Positions 9,272 through 18,695 of a stretch of 64,000 bases of DNA are shown here, piece by piece (position 1 is the stretch's first letter; the number at the start of each line of letters is the position of its first letter). The position numbers were made by a program, and so were the translations under genes. The stretch spans positions 55,675-119,674 of IMG/VR virus record IMGVR_UViG_3300027736_000026; one strand, 5' to 3'. The notes beneath the pieces are model-generated. The model made no database searches, was not told the DNA's origin, and saw only the letters and a program-made list of their open reading frames with translations. The stretch is from a virus.

Positions 9272-10077
9272 ACTGTTTGTTTAGTGATCCCGTTAAAATA
9301 GTGAAACCCAAAACTAGTTTTATTATTATAGTCCTTTTCGTCTAAAGGATCAATTGAAAATATCTTTGCTTCTTCTACGGATGGGCTATTAAAAAAATGA
9401 TTAGCTATAGTAGCAAAAAATAAATCTTCTGGAGGTTTTTTGTTTTCAGTATGCCTTTCTCTAAGGTGAAATTTAGAAAACCGTTTTGATGCTTCTCTGC
9501 AAAAATCAGTGTTTCTATAACTGAATCCGCCATTGCCTATTCTTGTATTTTTAAAAAACGGGAGCCACTCATTATTTGAATTTAAGATATCAATAGATGG
9601 AGAATGTAGCCAAGGCGAGCCAATATAAGCAAATTTTTTATTTAGCACATACTTTTCGTAACCTCCCTTCATAAGCATACCGTCTGAATGGATGGTAATA
9701 ATATGTTTAATGTTCTCAGGGATTAAAAAATACAGATCTTTAATGCTAAAATCAGAATACTCATCATGCGAAAGTACTGGAATCTTTTTTATTATTATAT
9801 TATATTTTTTAATTAGATCTTCTTCGCCATTTAAAAAATTGTTTGTATTGTTGACAAAAACGTATATCGGATAAGAGTACTCAGAAAATACATGAAAAGA
9901 ATGAAAAGAAGCAAAGTCTTCTAAAGTGTTAATTTCTCTATTCCTTCCATCAACAAAAACTCCAGCAAACTCGGTGCTTTTATCGGCATCAGGCTTATCT
10001 TTTTTCAATATATCATAACAAACATATTTTATAAAATCAATATCCTGACTACTCCTTTTATTGTGCAGTAAGTCCAT
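9268..10077 (-). CDS. DUF5672-like protein (putative glycosyltransferase)
   Basis: IHSDG, YIGSPW, IGNGGFSYR, PEDLFF, AKIFS, FGFH. Confidence 0.75.
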   Translation of the reverse strand: MDLLHNKRSSQDIDFIKYVCYDILKKDKPDADKSTEFAGVFVDGRNREINTLEDFASFHSFHVFSEYSYPIYVFVNNTNNFLNGEEDLIKKYNIIIKKIPVLSHDEYSDFSIKDLYFLIPENIKHIITIHSDGMLMKGGYEKYVLNKKFAYIGSPWLHSPSIDILNSNNEWLPFFKNTRIGNGGFSYRNTDFCREASKRFSKFHLRERHTENKKPPEDLFFATIANHFFNSPSVEEAKIFSIDPLDEKDYNNKTSFGFHYFNGITKQTV

Positions 10078-10101
10078 TAGTTTTAAAATTAATTAAAATT
10101 G

Positions 10102-10611
10102 TTACAAGTCTTTAAGTTTTCCAAGAATAACATTTGCTTGTACGATTTCAAATAGCTTTATTCCCATTTTATCGCAAGCTTCTGAAACTCCATATCTAGT
10201 ATGACAACCCTCAGAGTCATGAAATAAGAAGATGGTTTCTGGCTTGGCGCATCCATAAATTATTAATTTTTGAATATCAGAAAAAACATGCGAGTACCAA
10301 TGCGATCCATCAACGAGGATAACGTCGTTTCTATTATCATGAAAGTTTTGAAAAAGATTATCGTCTTTAGTAGTATCTCCAATCCTTAAATCCCAAAACT
10401 TTTTGTCATATTTATTTAATACTTCTAACCCGTCTTTAGGCGGACTCATGTCTATCGCAGTATATTTTCCTTTCTGTTTCTCTGTTAAATATTTTAGACA
10501 TACATCAGCAGTCCATCCGGGGCCAAGTCCTATTTCTAATATGTGATTCGCATCTGTTTGCCTAATAATGCCTTCTGCGATATATTTATATGAGATAAAA
10601 TTTTCTTTCAT
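10102..10611 (-). CDS. Class I SAM-dependent methyltransferase (Methyltransf_24-like)
   Basis: ILEIGLGPG, VDGSHWY, LFHD. Confidence 0.8.
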   Translation of the reverse strand: MKENFISYKYIAEGIIRQTDANHILEIGLGPGWTADVCLKYLTEKQKGKYTAIDMSPPKDGLEVLNKYDKKFWDLRIGDTTKDDNLFQNFHDNRNDVILVDGSHWYSHVFSDIQKLIIYGCAKPETIFLFHDSEGCHTRYGVSEACDKMGIKLFEIVQANVILGKLKDL

Positions 10612-10637
10612 AAGTTGTTGTGGATTAATTTTTTTGA

Positions 10638-11249
10638 TTAAATATTTTTATATAAAAGCCAAGAAGCATTTACTTGGTAAACTTTTTCAATTTTATTTTT
10701 TGAACGAAATTCTTTTAAAGCTTTTTGAACGCCTTCACCAATCAAGTCGTGTCCGGCAAAAATTCCTCCAGATTTAACTTTTGGATACCAAGCGTTTAAA
10801 TCTTTAAGAACTGATTCGTAAGAATGCCCTGCATCTATAAAAACAAAAGAGCAACTATTATCTTTAAATTGATCGGCTGCACTCCAAGAATAAGACTGTA
10901 TCGCTTTCGTTAAATTGCGACCACCGGGACAATATTTAATATTATCCATGAAGTAATTATAAAACGCTGCCTCTCCAAGTCTTTTACTAAAGTCTATGTA
11001 TTTTTCTCCCCAAGGCATTTCTGCTGTAACGTGAAATTGGTCATCTTTTGTCAAGTCCCAAGTGTCTACGGCATAAAATTGTAATTTTTTATTAGACTTT
11101 TCTATTTCGTCTAGAATGTAACTCGTAGACTTTCCTAAAAAACAACCAACTTCTACTAGAATGTCATTTTCTTGAGCTTTGTTTACTACTTCAGTATAGA
11201 TATCTTGAAAATCAAACCATCCAGCGATATGTTCGTAATATTTTGACAT
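10638..11249 (-). CDS. Class I SAM-dependent methyltransferase (Methyltransf_24-like)
   Basis: VEVGCFLGKS, VDTW, FIDAGHSYESV..D..AWYPKVKSGGIFAGHD; start set at MSKYY. Confidence 0.88.
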   Translation of the reverse strand: MSKYYEHIAGWFDFQDIYTEVVNKAQENDILVEVGCFLGKSTSYILDEIEKSNKKLQFYAVDTWDLTKDDQFHVTAEMPWGEKYIDFSKRLGEAAFYNYFMDNIKYCPGGRNLTKAIQSYSWSAADQFKDNSCSFVFIDAGHSYESVLKDLNAWYPKVKSGGIFAGHDLIGEGVQKALKEFRSKNKIEKVYQVNASWLLYKNI

Positions 11250-11255
11250 TACTAT

Positions 11256-11284
11256 ATGATACAATATTAGCGTATAAAAATCAA
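11256..11284 (-). promoter_or_regulatory. Sigma70-type promoter TTGATT-N17-TATCAT, 6 nt before ATG (leaderless)
   Basis: Read directly from the reverse complement. Confidence 0.5.
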
Positions 11285-11285
11285 A

Positions 11286-12050
11286 TCACTTTTCCCTATT
11301 GATTGCAGGTTTTTCTAGATTATTTTTAATATAGAAATCTTCATTAAATTCTAATTGTTTTTTTCCATAGTCCCACAAGTATCCGCAATGCCCAAAATGC
11401 TTGATTTGATATTCATATTTTAATTTTCCATTTTCATGCAGCCAAGTTAAATGCTTGATGTGAGCGACTTCTTTTGGGATAGTTAAATTATTTAATGATT
11501 TATAATTAAAAGCTTTATGGTTTATGTCTTCATATACTAGATCATTGTCCCAATAAAATTTATCTACATTAAGCACATCTGATTTTACCCTAAATATCCT
11601 TGGCGGACAGAAACCATCAATCCACTGTTTGCCATCGAAGATATAATTTTTAAAATTAATACTGTACCAATAGTAATTTGAATTATTATTGATGAAATTT
11701 ATTATATTTTTAATGTCTTCTGCGGAATAAAATTCGTCTCCATCCACCATCCAAATAGCATCGCAATTTGCATTTTTTAAATATTGCAAACAGAGATCTC
11801 TAGCCTTGTGTTCTTGAATATGGGTAGGCTCAGTAAAAACTTTGTCTATTGATTTTTCTTCGCTCAAACTAATTAAAAAATCTGTAGTCTCATCTTTAGT
11901 TTGATTTAAATCAGAATATTCTGCAAAGGGTATTGATACAGATGAAATTTTACTTATGAGACCATTTTGTTTAGCTTCTATAAATGCAGATAAGCTATCT
12001 CTTACATAAGAAAAACAATTATACGCACAGTATATAATACCAATTTTCAT
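11286..12050 (-). CDS. Glycosyltransferase family 2-like
   Basis: IIYCAYN start, WMVDGDEFY, PRIF, IKHL. Confidence 0.7.
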   Translation of the reverse strand: MKIGIIYCAYNCFSYVRDSLSAFIEAKQNGLISKISSVSIPFAEYSDLNQTKDETTDFLISLSEEKSIDKVFTEPTHIQEHKARDLCLQYLKNANCDAIWMVDGDEFYSAEDIKNIINFINNNSNYYWYSINFKNYIFDGKQWIDGFCPPRIFRVKSDVLNVDKFYWDNDLVYEDINHKAFNYKSLNNLTIPKEVAHIKHLTWLHENGKLKYEYQIKHFGHCGYLWDYGKKQLEFNEDFYIKNNLEKPAINREK

Positions 12051-12053
12051 AAA

Positions 12054-13007
12054 TTAATCGTTTTTTATGTTGAATTGTTTATTGTATTTTAAGATAGTCC
12101 CTTGATAATTTTTCAGGAAACCTGATCCTCCAGCCAGATAGTCTTTAAAAGAAAATGTATATCTTAATTGGCTTCCGTCTGGTTGATAGTTAACTACTTC
12201 TTTCATGAAATCTTGACCTAAAACTTCTATTTGAAATAATTCGCTTAATCTAAATTCAAGTTCGACCATCTCTACAAAATATTGATCTGGGGTAACTTCT
12301 TTGTCTTTAATTTTCATCATGTACTTTACCATATCGTCCAAAGTAGATATGTCTAAATTAAGATTATTCTTGCAATACGCTTGAAATTTTCTTCTAAGAG
12401 TTTCATGATGATTTACGACTTCTTGACCGTATTTTGCGTAGACCAATTGGATGTCATTGCCTAAAGGATAACAAAGATAATATTTCGTTCCATTTATTGA
12501 GCCAAAGAATTTAGGGGTTTCTTTTCTCCTGTTGATAATATATTTATCTTTATCTGGTATAGTTACTATTTGGCCTTCTACATTTTTTAATCCCCAATGA
12601 ACTGCTCCGACAAATTCCATGTGTGGATTGTATTTAAACACATAAGGTCTATCGTCCCAATAAAGTGCCCCGATCCCTTTTTCCTCAAACGAATGCAAAA
12701 GAACTGGTAGTTCTTGTATAAATTTATCCGTCATCGATTCTGGAGAATCTAAATAAACACAATATTGCCCATCTTTAATACCTCCATAGCAAAGTAAATG
12801 ATTCATTAGGAATCCATGATTAGGAGTCCAATTTTGAGTTATTACTTTTCCATTACCTTTATTCGCTTCTAGCAACTCTATCGTTCCATCGTTAGACGGC
12901 AAGTTAACCAATGCTATTACTCCATCAAAAGTTGGATAAATATTTTTTAACATCAAAGAGATATGCTCTTTGCGTTCTTGGGTCATCGTTAGTAGCAAAG
13001 GTTTCAT
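12054..13007 (-). CDS. Divergent GT2-like glycosyltransferase
   Basis: SNDGTIELL, YLDSPE, GAVHWGL. Confidence 0.55.
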   Translation of the reverse strand: MKPLLLTMTQERKEHISLMLKNIYPTFDGVIALVNLPSNDGTIELLEANKGNGKVITQNWTPNHGFLMNHLLCYGGIKDGQYCVYLDSPESMTDKFIQELPVLLHSFEEKGIGALYWDDRPYVFKYNPHMEFVGAVHWGLKNVEGQIVTIPDKDKYIINRRKETPKFFGSINGTKYYLCYPLGNDIQLVYAKYGQEVVNHHETLRRKFQAYCKNNLNLDISTLDDMVKYMMKIKDKEVTPDQYFVEMVELEFRLSELFQIEVLGQDFMKEVVNYQPDGSQLRYTFSFKDYLAGGSGFLKNYQGTILKYNKQFNIKND

Positions 13008-13879
13008 GATTTATTTTTTTTATATATATCGACTATACTTTGAGCGACAGTGGTTTTATTCATTAACAATTTGTATTTTTCTGCGTATTCTAATGAAATT
13101 TTTTGAAATTTTGTATAGTCTTTATTGATTTCAATCAGTTTAGCCATAAAGGATTTTGGATCTGGGTCGCATATAAACTCTTGAGGGCATAACTCTACTG
13201 CGGTCAAATTATCTCTGCAAGTAATTGGAATTGACCCAGCGATCATAGCTTCTATCATTGGCAGTCCTAAGCCTTCAAAACTAGATGGGAGCAATAAAAA
13301 CTTAAAAGTGTTATAAGCTAAATTTAAATCTTCATCAGATAAAATCCCAGCATACACGCCAAATTTTGGATCTTCAGACCCGCAAATCATTAATCCTTTA
13401 TGAAGTTCTTGATAATTTTTAAAAGATTCTTTAATAAGAGAAAATCTTTTTCTGGGATCATTTGCTCTGCCGACATAAAGGAACGGCATACTTTTCGCAA
13501 TTTTTGGATCATGAGCTACATCTTTCGTGGGATTGTAGATCACTGTTGAGTTTAAATTTAACTCATTTTTAATTTGTTCTTGTACAGTTCTTGAAATACA
13601 AGTAATTGCGTCGGCTTGAGATAGTTGCTCTTTTACTTTGTTTAAATTGTATGTTTGATTTCCAATCTGTAAATCTAAAACGTTTAGGATAATAAAAGGT
13701 TTCTTCTTTTGATTTTTAGAGTAGTTTAGAATATCGTCATACATATCGTTATTTGAATAAACAATATCCGGCGATTCTTCAACAAAAAAACACCCAATAG
13801 CTTTCAATCCTTGATCTATCCTTGATATCTGATCTAATGTTTGATTTCTCCAACCAAAAGTTTTAATTGTAAGATTCAT
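13004..13879 (-). CDS. GT-B glycosyltransferase (GT4-like)
   Basis: FLYVGRANDPRKR, PSSFEGLGLPMIEAMIAG. Confidence 0.88.
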   Translation of the reverse strand: MNLTIKTFGWRNQTLDQISRIDQGLKAIGCFFVEESPDIVYSNNDMYDDILNYSKNQKKKPFIILNVLDLQIGNQTYNLNKVKEQLSQADAITCISRTVQEQIKNELNLNSTVIYNPTKDVAHDPKIAKSMPFLYVGRANDPRKRFSLIKESFKNYQELHKGLMICGSEDPKFGVYAGILSDEDLNLAYNTFKFLLLPSSFEGLGLPMIEAMIAGSIPITCRDNLTAVELCPQEFICDPDPKSFMAKLIEINKDYTKFQKISLEYAEKYKLLMNKTTVAQSIVDIYKKNKS

Positions 13880-14697
13880 TATTTCAACAATTTATAAATT
13901 GAGTCTTTTATTAGCTCAAAATTTATATCTTTTATATTATAATGTTCCAAAGCAATTGCATTTGGATTTCTAGGAGTTCGGTTAATCAGTGGGGCGTAAA
14001 CAGGATAAGATAGACAAGAGTATAATGAAAGGACTTTTGCCTGATATCCAGACATAATATAATTCATTCCTGTATCTGCTGTCAATAAAAATTTGCAAGA
14101 TAGAGCAATTTTAATATCATCAAAAATTTCTCCTCCCAATGGCTCATAAGTCGTATTCAATCTTGGATGTTTTTTTAAACCTAGCTGAATAGTTTTAAGC
14201 CCCAAGGAGTGGATATATTCTATAATTTTATTTGTAAAATCCATAGGTATATCTCTTATGGCTCCAGCGCTAGAAAATGATGTGATTGCTACGCAATCTT
14301 TATACTTCTCGTCCAAATCAAACCATTTATTTAAATTAATTTGAAGATTTTTAGGAGGAGTTAAATTATGCATCAAACACACTGCTTCGGTATGATGATA
14401 CTTTAAATACCAATCTTGGTATTTATGTTCTGGCATTGGATTGAAAATAACATCAAACTGTTTTAATTCTAAGTATTTTCTATCATTTTCACTCGGCCAA
14501 TTGTCGTAGTTCTCCCAAATTTTAAAATCATCAATTAATTCATTGTATTTAAAAATTGGAAGTATTGATTCGTATTTTTTATTTATTCCAAATGTTAAAT
14601 GAGAATCTGGGAACTTCTCTTTAAAAGCCCTGCAAGCAATTAAATTGATTACAAGATCGCCTATCTGACCTTGGTTAAACCCAATTGCTTTTATCAT
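13879..14697 (-). CDS. GT9 (heptosyltransferase)-like glycosyltransferase
   Basis: GQIGDLV N-terminal motif, LTADTGMNY. Confidence 0.7.
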   Translation of the reverse strand: MIKAIGFNQGQIGDLVINLIACRAFKEKFPDSHLTFGINKKYESILPIFKYNELIDDFKIWENYDNWPSENDRKYLELKQFDVIFNPMPEHKYQDWYLKYHHTEAVCLMHNLTPPKNLQINLNKWFDLDEKYKDCVAITSFSSAGAIRDIPMDFTNKIIEYIHSLGLKTIQLGLKKHPRLNTTYEPLGGEIFDDIKIALSCKFLLTADTGMNYIMSGYQAKVLSLYSCLSYPVYAPLINRTPRNPNAIALEHYNIKDINFELIKDSIYKLLK

Positions 14698-14698
14698 A

Positions 14699-15937
14699 TT
14701 AAATTATAGTAATTTCTGGCAGTGGGAATAAAAATTTAACCCCTCTTTTAATTGTATCTGCTTCTCTTTTAAGAATCTCTTCTTTAAAATGATATGGCCC
14801 AACAAGATAAACATCAACTGTTTTCCTGCTTTCCTTTTCTGAAACCATAGGAATTCCGCTTATGGTTTTCGCTCCATATTTTTCTGGAGTTCTTTCGGCG
14901 GCACATTCAATAAGATCAGGGCCAATGCCGCAGTAATTTAAAATCGTGTTTAATTTCGTTGACATCCCGTAGATGTGAACTTTCTTATTTTGAGTTTTTA
15001 GATCTTTAATAAGATTTGTTAAATCAGTCTTATGATCTAGAATCCTTTGTCTAAAAGAAGAATAGGTAGACGAATCCTCTAAAGCCATTTGAAATTCTTT
15101 AATTTTTAAGTTTATTAGAGAGTCTTTAAATGCTTCACTGCTAAACAAATTGTTTTCCGACTTCACAACCCACAACTGCAATGATCCTCCATTCGTGTCA
15201 TTCTCTTCAGCTTTCAAAATCTTTAAGCCACATCTTTGGATGATGTTCTCAAAGGTAGCTATTGAGTATAGACATAAATGTTCATGAACCATTCCGTCAT
15301 ACGAAAGATTATTAAAAACGAAAGGTAAGTAAGCGAATTCTACAATCCAAATTCCATCATTATTTAAGTGATGTTTAATTTTATGGCAGAAACTTGTTGG
15401 ATCTTCTATATCATAAAAACAAGCTATTGAAGATATGATATCAAATTTTTCATTAGTAAGACTTGGAGTTGGAAAACAATCATTAATTGTAAAAATTCCA
15501 TCTTTTTCAACTTCGTTGATAATGTTACTGGGATCAATGCCTACTCTTTTAATATGCTTTGGATATTGTTTTAAAGTAAACAAATCGTTTGCACCGATAT
15601 CTAGGACGCTATTTAAACTAACACCTTTGTGGCTAAAAAAATCTAATACATCATTAATTATTTTAGATAAGTGGTCCCTCATTGTTTGAGACACAGAGCT
15701 TCTGTATCCATAATTAGAATATAAAATTTCTGGAGAAATAGATACCAAGTTTTGAACTAATCCGCATCCTCCAGTTTTGATGTCACAAATAACTATCGTT
15801 GAATCAATCGCTCTAGTTGGAGGAGTAGGTCTATTTGGATATACAAAAGATCCTTGAATAGTTTGCTGCCCTAAGTTTAAGATTTGCTCAAGCTTGAAAT
15901 GTCCACAAGACCGGCAGGAATTTCTATACTTTAGCAT
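14699..15937 (-). CDS. NDP-hexose C3-methyltransferase (TcaB9/TylCIII-like)
   Basis: N-terminal CRSC...C..CGLVQ zinc motif, YGYRSS, LDIGAND, YD..HEH, NGGSL, YGMSTKLNTILNYC, K.G....GIP. Confidence 0.88.
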   Translation of the reverse strand: MLKYRNSCRSCGHFKLEQILNLGQQTIQGSFVYPNRPTPPTRAIDSTIVICDIKTGGCGLVQNLVSISPEILYSNYGYRSSVSQTMRDHLSKIINDVLDFFSHKGVSLNSVLDIGANDLFTLKQYPKHIKRVGIDPSNIINEVEKDGIFTINDCFPTPSLTNEKFDIISSIACFYDIEDPTSFCHKIKHHLNNDGIWIVEFAYLPFVFNNLSYDGMVHEHLCLYSIATFENIIQRCGLKILKAEENDTNGGSLQLWVVKSENNLFSSEAFKDSLINLKIKEFQMALEDSSTYSSFRQRILDHKTDLTNLIKDLKTQNKKVHIYGMSTKLNTILNYCGIGPDLIECAAERTPEKYGAKTISGIPMVSEKESRKTVDVYLVGPYHFKEEILKREADTIKRGVKFLFPLPEITII

Positions 15938-15938
15938 A

Positions 15939-16568
15939 TTATTGTTTTGGGTGTAGGGCCAGAAATCCTTGAGCAATAGTAATTACTTGAGCGGTATGCG
16001 TATCTTTAAACATTTCAATAGATCTGTTTAAAATTTTTCTATACTCATCAGGAACAGCGTCTTTACCTAATCTACTAACGCTATCTTCGTATCTATCTAA
16101 TTCATCGTACAACATGGCATCATCTAACAAAATAAAGTCTTTCGCACCTTTATCTGTTCTTAATTCTTTGATGATCTTTAATTCGTTTAATGCGGGGAGC
16201 CTTACGTCTGGGTCTCCATCTGAATGTTTTGTTAAAGGTTTGTGACCTAGATTGTAATCACTATTTGCGAAATGACTATCTAACCAAAAGAATATTGGAG
16301 AGTCAAGAGGAATTCTCGGAAGCAGTCCGCGAAGCAATGTCGGCCCTTCTTCATTAAAAATATTAACTCTAGTGTCAAAAGAAAAAGTCCTAGCAGAGTG
16401 TTCGGCTAAATCTTTATCGATGTCACAAGAGATAAGGAGGTTTTGCCCATATTCCGGCTGAATCATCCTCATCAATCCAGAACCAAGGCCGGTGCCCGTT
16501 TCAAAGAAAATTCTTGTGTTGTATTTAAAAATCCAAGGAATTGTTTGGATGTCTCTTAATGCGCTCAT
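15939..16568 (-). CDS. Methyltransferase-like protein
   Basis: FFETGTGLG, FWLDSH, ELK.I, ILLDD. Confidence 0.65.
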   Translation of the reverse strand: MSALRDIQTIPWIFKYNTRIFFETGTGLGSGLMRMIQPEYGQNLLISCDIDKDLAEHSARTFSFDTRVNIFNEEGPTLLRGLLPRIPLDSPIFFWLDSHFANSDYNLGHKPLTKHSDGDPDVRLPALNELKIIKELRTDKGAKDFILLDDAMLYDELDRYEDSVSRLGKDAVPDEYRKILNRSIEMFKDTHTAQVITIAQGFLALHPKQ

Positions 16569-16598
16569 CTTTTTATTATAATGTGTTTATAGTAAATA

Positions 16599-17189
16599 TC
16601 AATTTTTTTCTACAGTTTCGACCATCATTCTCGCTTTGATTTGATCTCTTTTGTATAAAGCCATTTTGTGCCCAATTGGTGAAGGCCAAGTCATTTCAAG
16701 ATGATTGGGATATTTTTGAGAAAGGATTGTCCCTTTCGAAGAAAAATCATCAACGAATACTACCGAATTATTCAAATTCATTTTTTCAAAACATTTTATA
16801 GTAAGGATTGGATCATCGGAAACGTCTAAATAAATTAAACTGGTAGATTCATTATGATACATTTTTGCATCTAACACTTTTAATGCATCTCCAATTAGAA
16901 AATTAAGTTTTGGTTTAAGTTCGTTGAATTTTGGATGGGTTGAGAGCATGGTAACACAGTTTTCTACATTTTCTTTAACAAGATCTATCGTAGTAAATGA
17001 ACCGCCATATTTGCTAATGTATTCAAGAAAATGAAAAGACGACCATCCGTCTCCCAGTCTTGCTCCAAAATGTCTAGCGCAACCAAGCTCTAATATATTT
17101 ATTGGCTGTCTGTTAAAAAGACTTAATGCATAATTGAAGTAAGCATCTCGATTTGATTGTTGATTTTTAAATTGTTCGTAAAAATTCAT
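16599..17189 (-). CDS. Class I SAM-dependent methyltransferase-like protein
   Basis: ILELGCAR..DGWSS, TIDL, GDAL, IYLD, VDD..KG. Confidence 0.7.
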   Translation of the reverse strand: MNFYEQFKNQQSNRDAYFNYALSLFNRQPINILELGCARHFGARLGDGWSSFHFLEYISKYGGSFTTIDLVKENVENCVTMLSTHPKFNELKPKLNFLIGDALKVLDAKMYHNESTSLIYLDVSDDPILTIKCFEKMNLNNSVVFVDDFSSKGTILSQKYPNHLEMTWPSPIGHKMALYKRDQIKARMMVETVEKN

Positions 17190-17201
17190 TATAGTATAAT
17201 A

Positions 17202-18014
17202 TTAAAAATAATTTAATGCATCCATAAAATCTTTTATTAAATGGTATTTAACCCTGCAATTTTCATATTTCCACATTTCTGGTTTATACGCATAATTATC
17301 AAATAATAAACCATTACTGTAACCGAAGGAAGGGACTAGCACATGGCAAAACGCTCCAGAAGCAATGGCTGCGTGGGTTAGTCCGCTCTCTATTCCCAAG
17401 AATTTTCCACAAGCCCTCATAATAGCGCACTGTCGTCTAATGGGAAAATCTAAACATTGAACAGTGTTATCAATTGGATAGTTATTGTTTTTAATTCCAA
17501 AACATAGTACTGTATATTTTTTTAATAGTTCTTTTAACATTATGTTCCACGTTTCTATCGTAGGCATTCTTCCTAGCGCATTTGGGCAATTTTTATAATA
17601 CCCACCAGCAAATGGACAAAGAGCTATCGCCGGTTTGTCAAATTGAGCGCAAAATTTTAAACCCCAATCAAGCTCTTCATCATTAAGTTTTATATAGGGA
17701 ATATAATCATCAGAAGATACTCCCGCCATATCTAGAATGTTAAATGCCGAATGGTGTCTTGGGAATCTTGACTCATACCAAGTATAATCATTCCATTTAT
17801 ACTCATTAATTTCTTCTATGGTAGCAATCTCATTGAAAACGGAAGCAATGTTGTAAGCATTAGGATTTGTTTTAACTGGATTAATTACAATATTTGGATT
17901 TATTTTGCACAAAGTGGTGTAATAAAATGTTTCAGCCAAGCCAAGACCATCCAATGGGATACAAATTCTTCTATTGTTGTCTATCTTTTTTTCTGATTGA
18001 GGAATAAATTTCAT
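17202..18014 (-). CDS. GT9-like glycosyltransferase
   Basis: GLGLAET, FLGIESGLTHAAIASG. Confidence 0.65.
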   Translation of the reverse strand: MKFIPQSEKKIDNNRRICIPLDGLGLAETFYYTTLCKINPNIVINPVKTNPNAYNIASVFNEIATIEEINEYKWNDYTWYESRFPRHHSAFNILDMAGVSSDDYIPYIKLNDEELDWGLKFCAQFDKPAIALCPFAGGYYKNCPNALGRMPTIETWNIMLKELLKKYTVLCFGIKNNNYPIDNTVQCLDFPIRRQCAIMRACGKFLGIESGLTHAAIASGAFCHVLVPSFGYSNGLLFDNYAYKPEMWKYENCRVKYHLIKDFMDALNYF

Positions 18015-18694
18015 GCTTCAAATGGGATTTTGTAGTTTGGAGTTTTAATTATATGATTTTTTAATTCATTAAAAATTTCATATCTAGAATCATTAGATCT
18101 TCCCGCTAAATGTATTACAAAATCTCCGTGTTGATAGTTGTCTTTTGGATGCCATGAATGATAATAAGAATTAAAAAATCTTAAAGGTACTATTTTTATA
18201 TGTTTTTTTGCTTCTTCAACGTGAGTAATGTTTATATAATCAATTACAGCTTGTTGACACGGCCAAGGATTGGAAGATGTTTTGGCTACAGAGTTAATAT
18301 GGTTTAAAAAATTTTTTGACCACTCTGATCTTTTTATCAACATCGACCCATCATTTATTTCTATCAAACCTTCCGTGCGTGTTTTTGCAATAATTAAATC
18401 ATAATTATCGTCTATTAAATTTTCTATTCTAATAGTTTGATTCATTATCATTGTGTCTGTATCTAAATACCAGATCCAATCATAGTTATCTATTTCATTT
18501 ATTAAAATATTTACTCTCTCTGTCCTGTATACCCAAGAAGGATCGAAATCTTTATCTTTTAAAGAAAAATCATACCCATGAATTTTGCAATATTCCTCTT
18601 TGGATTGTCTTGACAATTCTCCAATTACTTTGAAAGTGGGGCCATAATGAGAGTTTTCATCATGATACGAAAAGACTAAAATTTTTTTTTCCAT
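18011..18694 (-). CDS. GT34 (MNN10/GMA12)-like glycosyltransferase
   Basis: YCKIHGY, YDWIWYLDTDTMIMN, INDGSMLI, FNSY, GDFVIHLAG. Confidence 0.8.
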   Translation of the reverse strand: MEKKILVFSYHDENSHYGPTFKVIGELSRQSKEEYCKIHGYDFSLKDKDFDPSWVYRTERVNILINEIDNYDWIWYLDTDTMIMNQTIRIENLIDDNYDLIIAKTRTEGLIEINDGSMLIKRSEWSKNFLNHINSVAKTSSNPWPCQQAVIDYINITHVEEAKKHIKIVPLRFFNSYYHSWHPKDNYQHGDFVIHLAGRSNDSRYEIFNELKNHIIKTPNYKIPFEA

Positions 18695-18695
18695 T

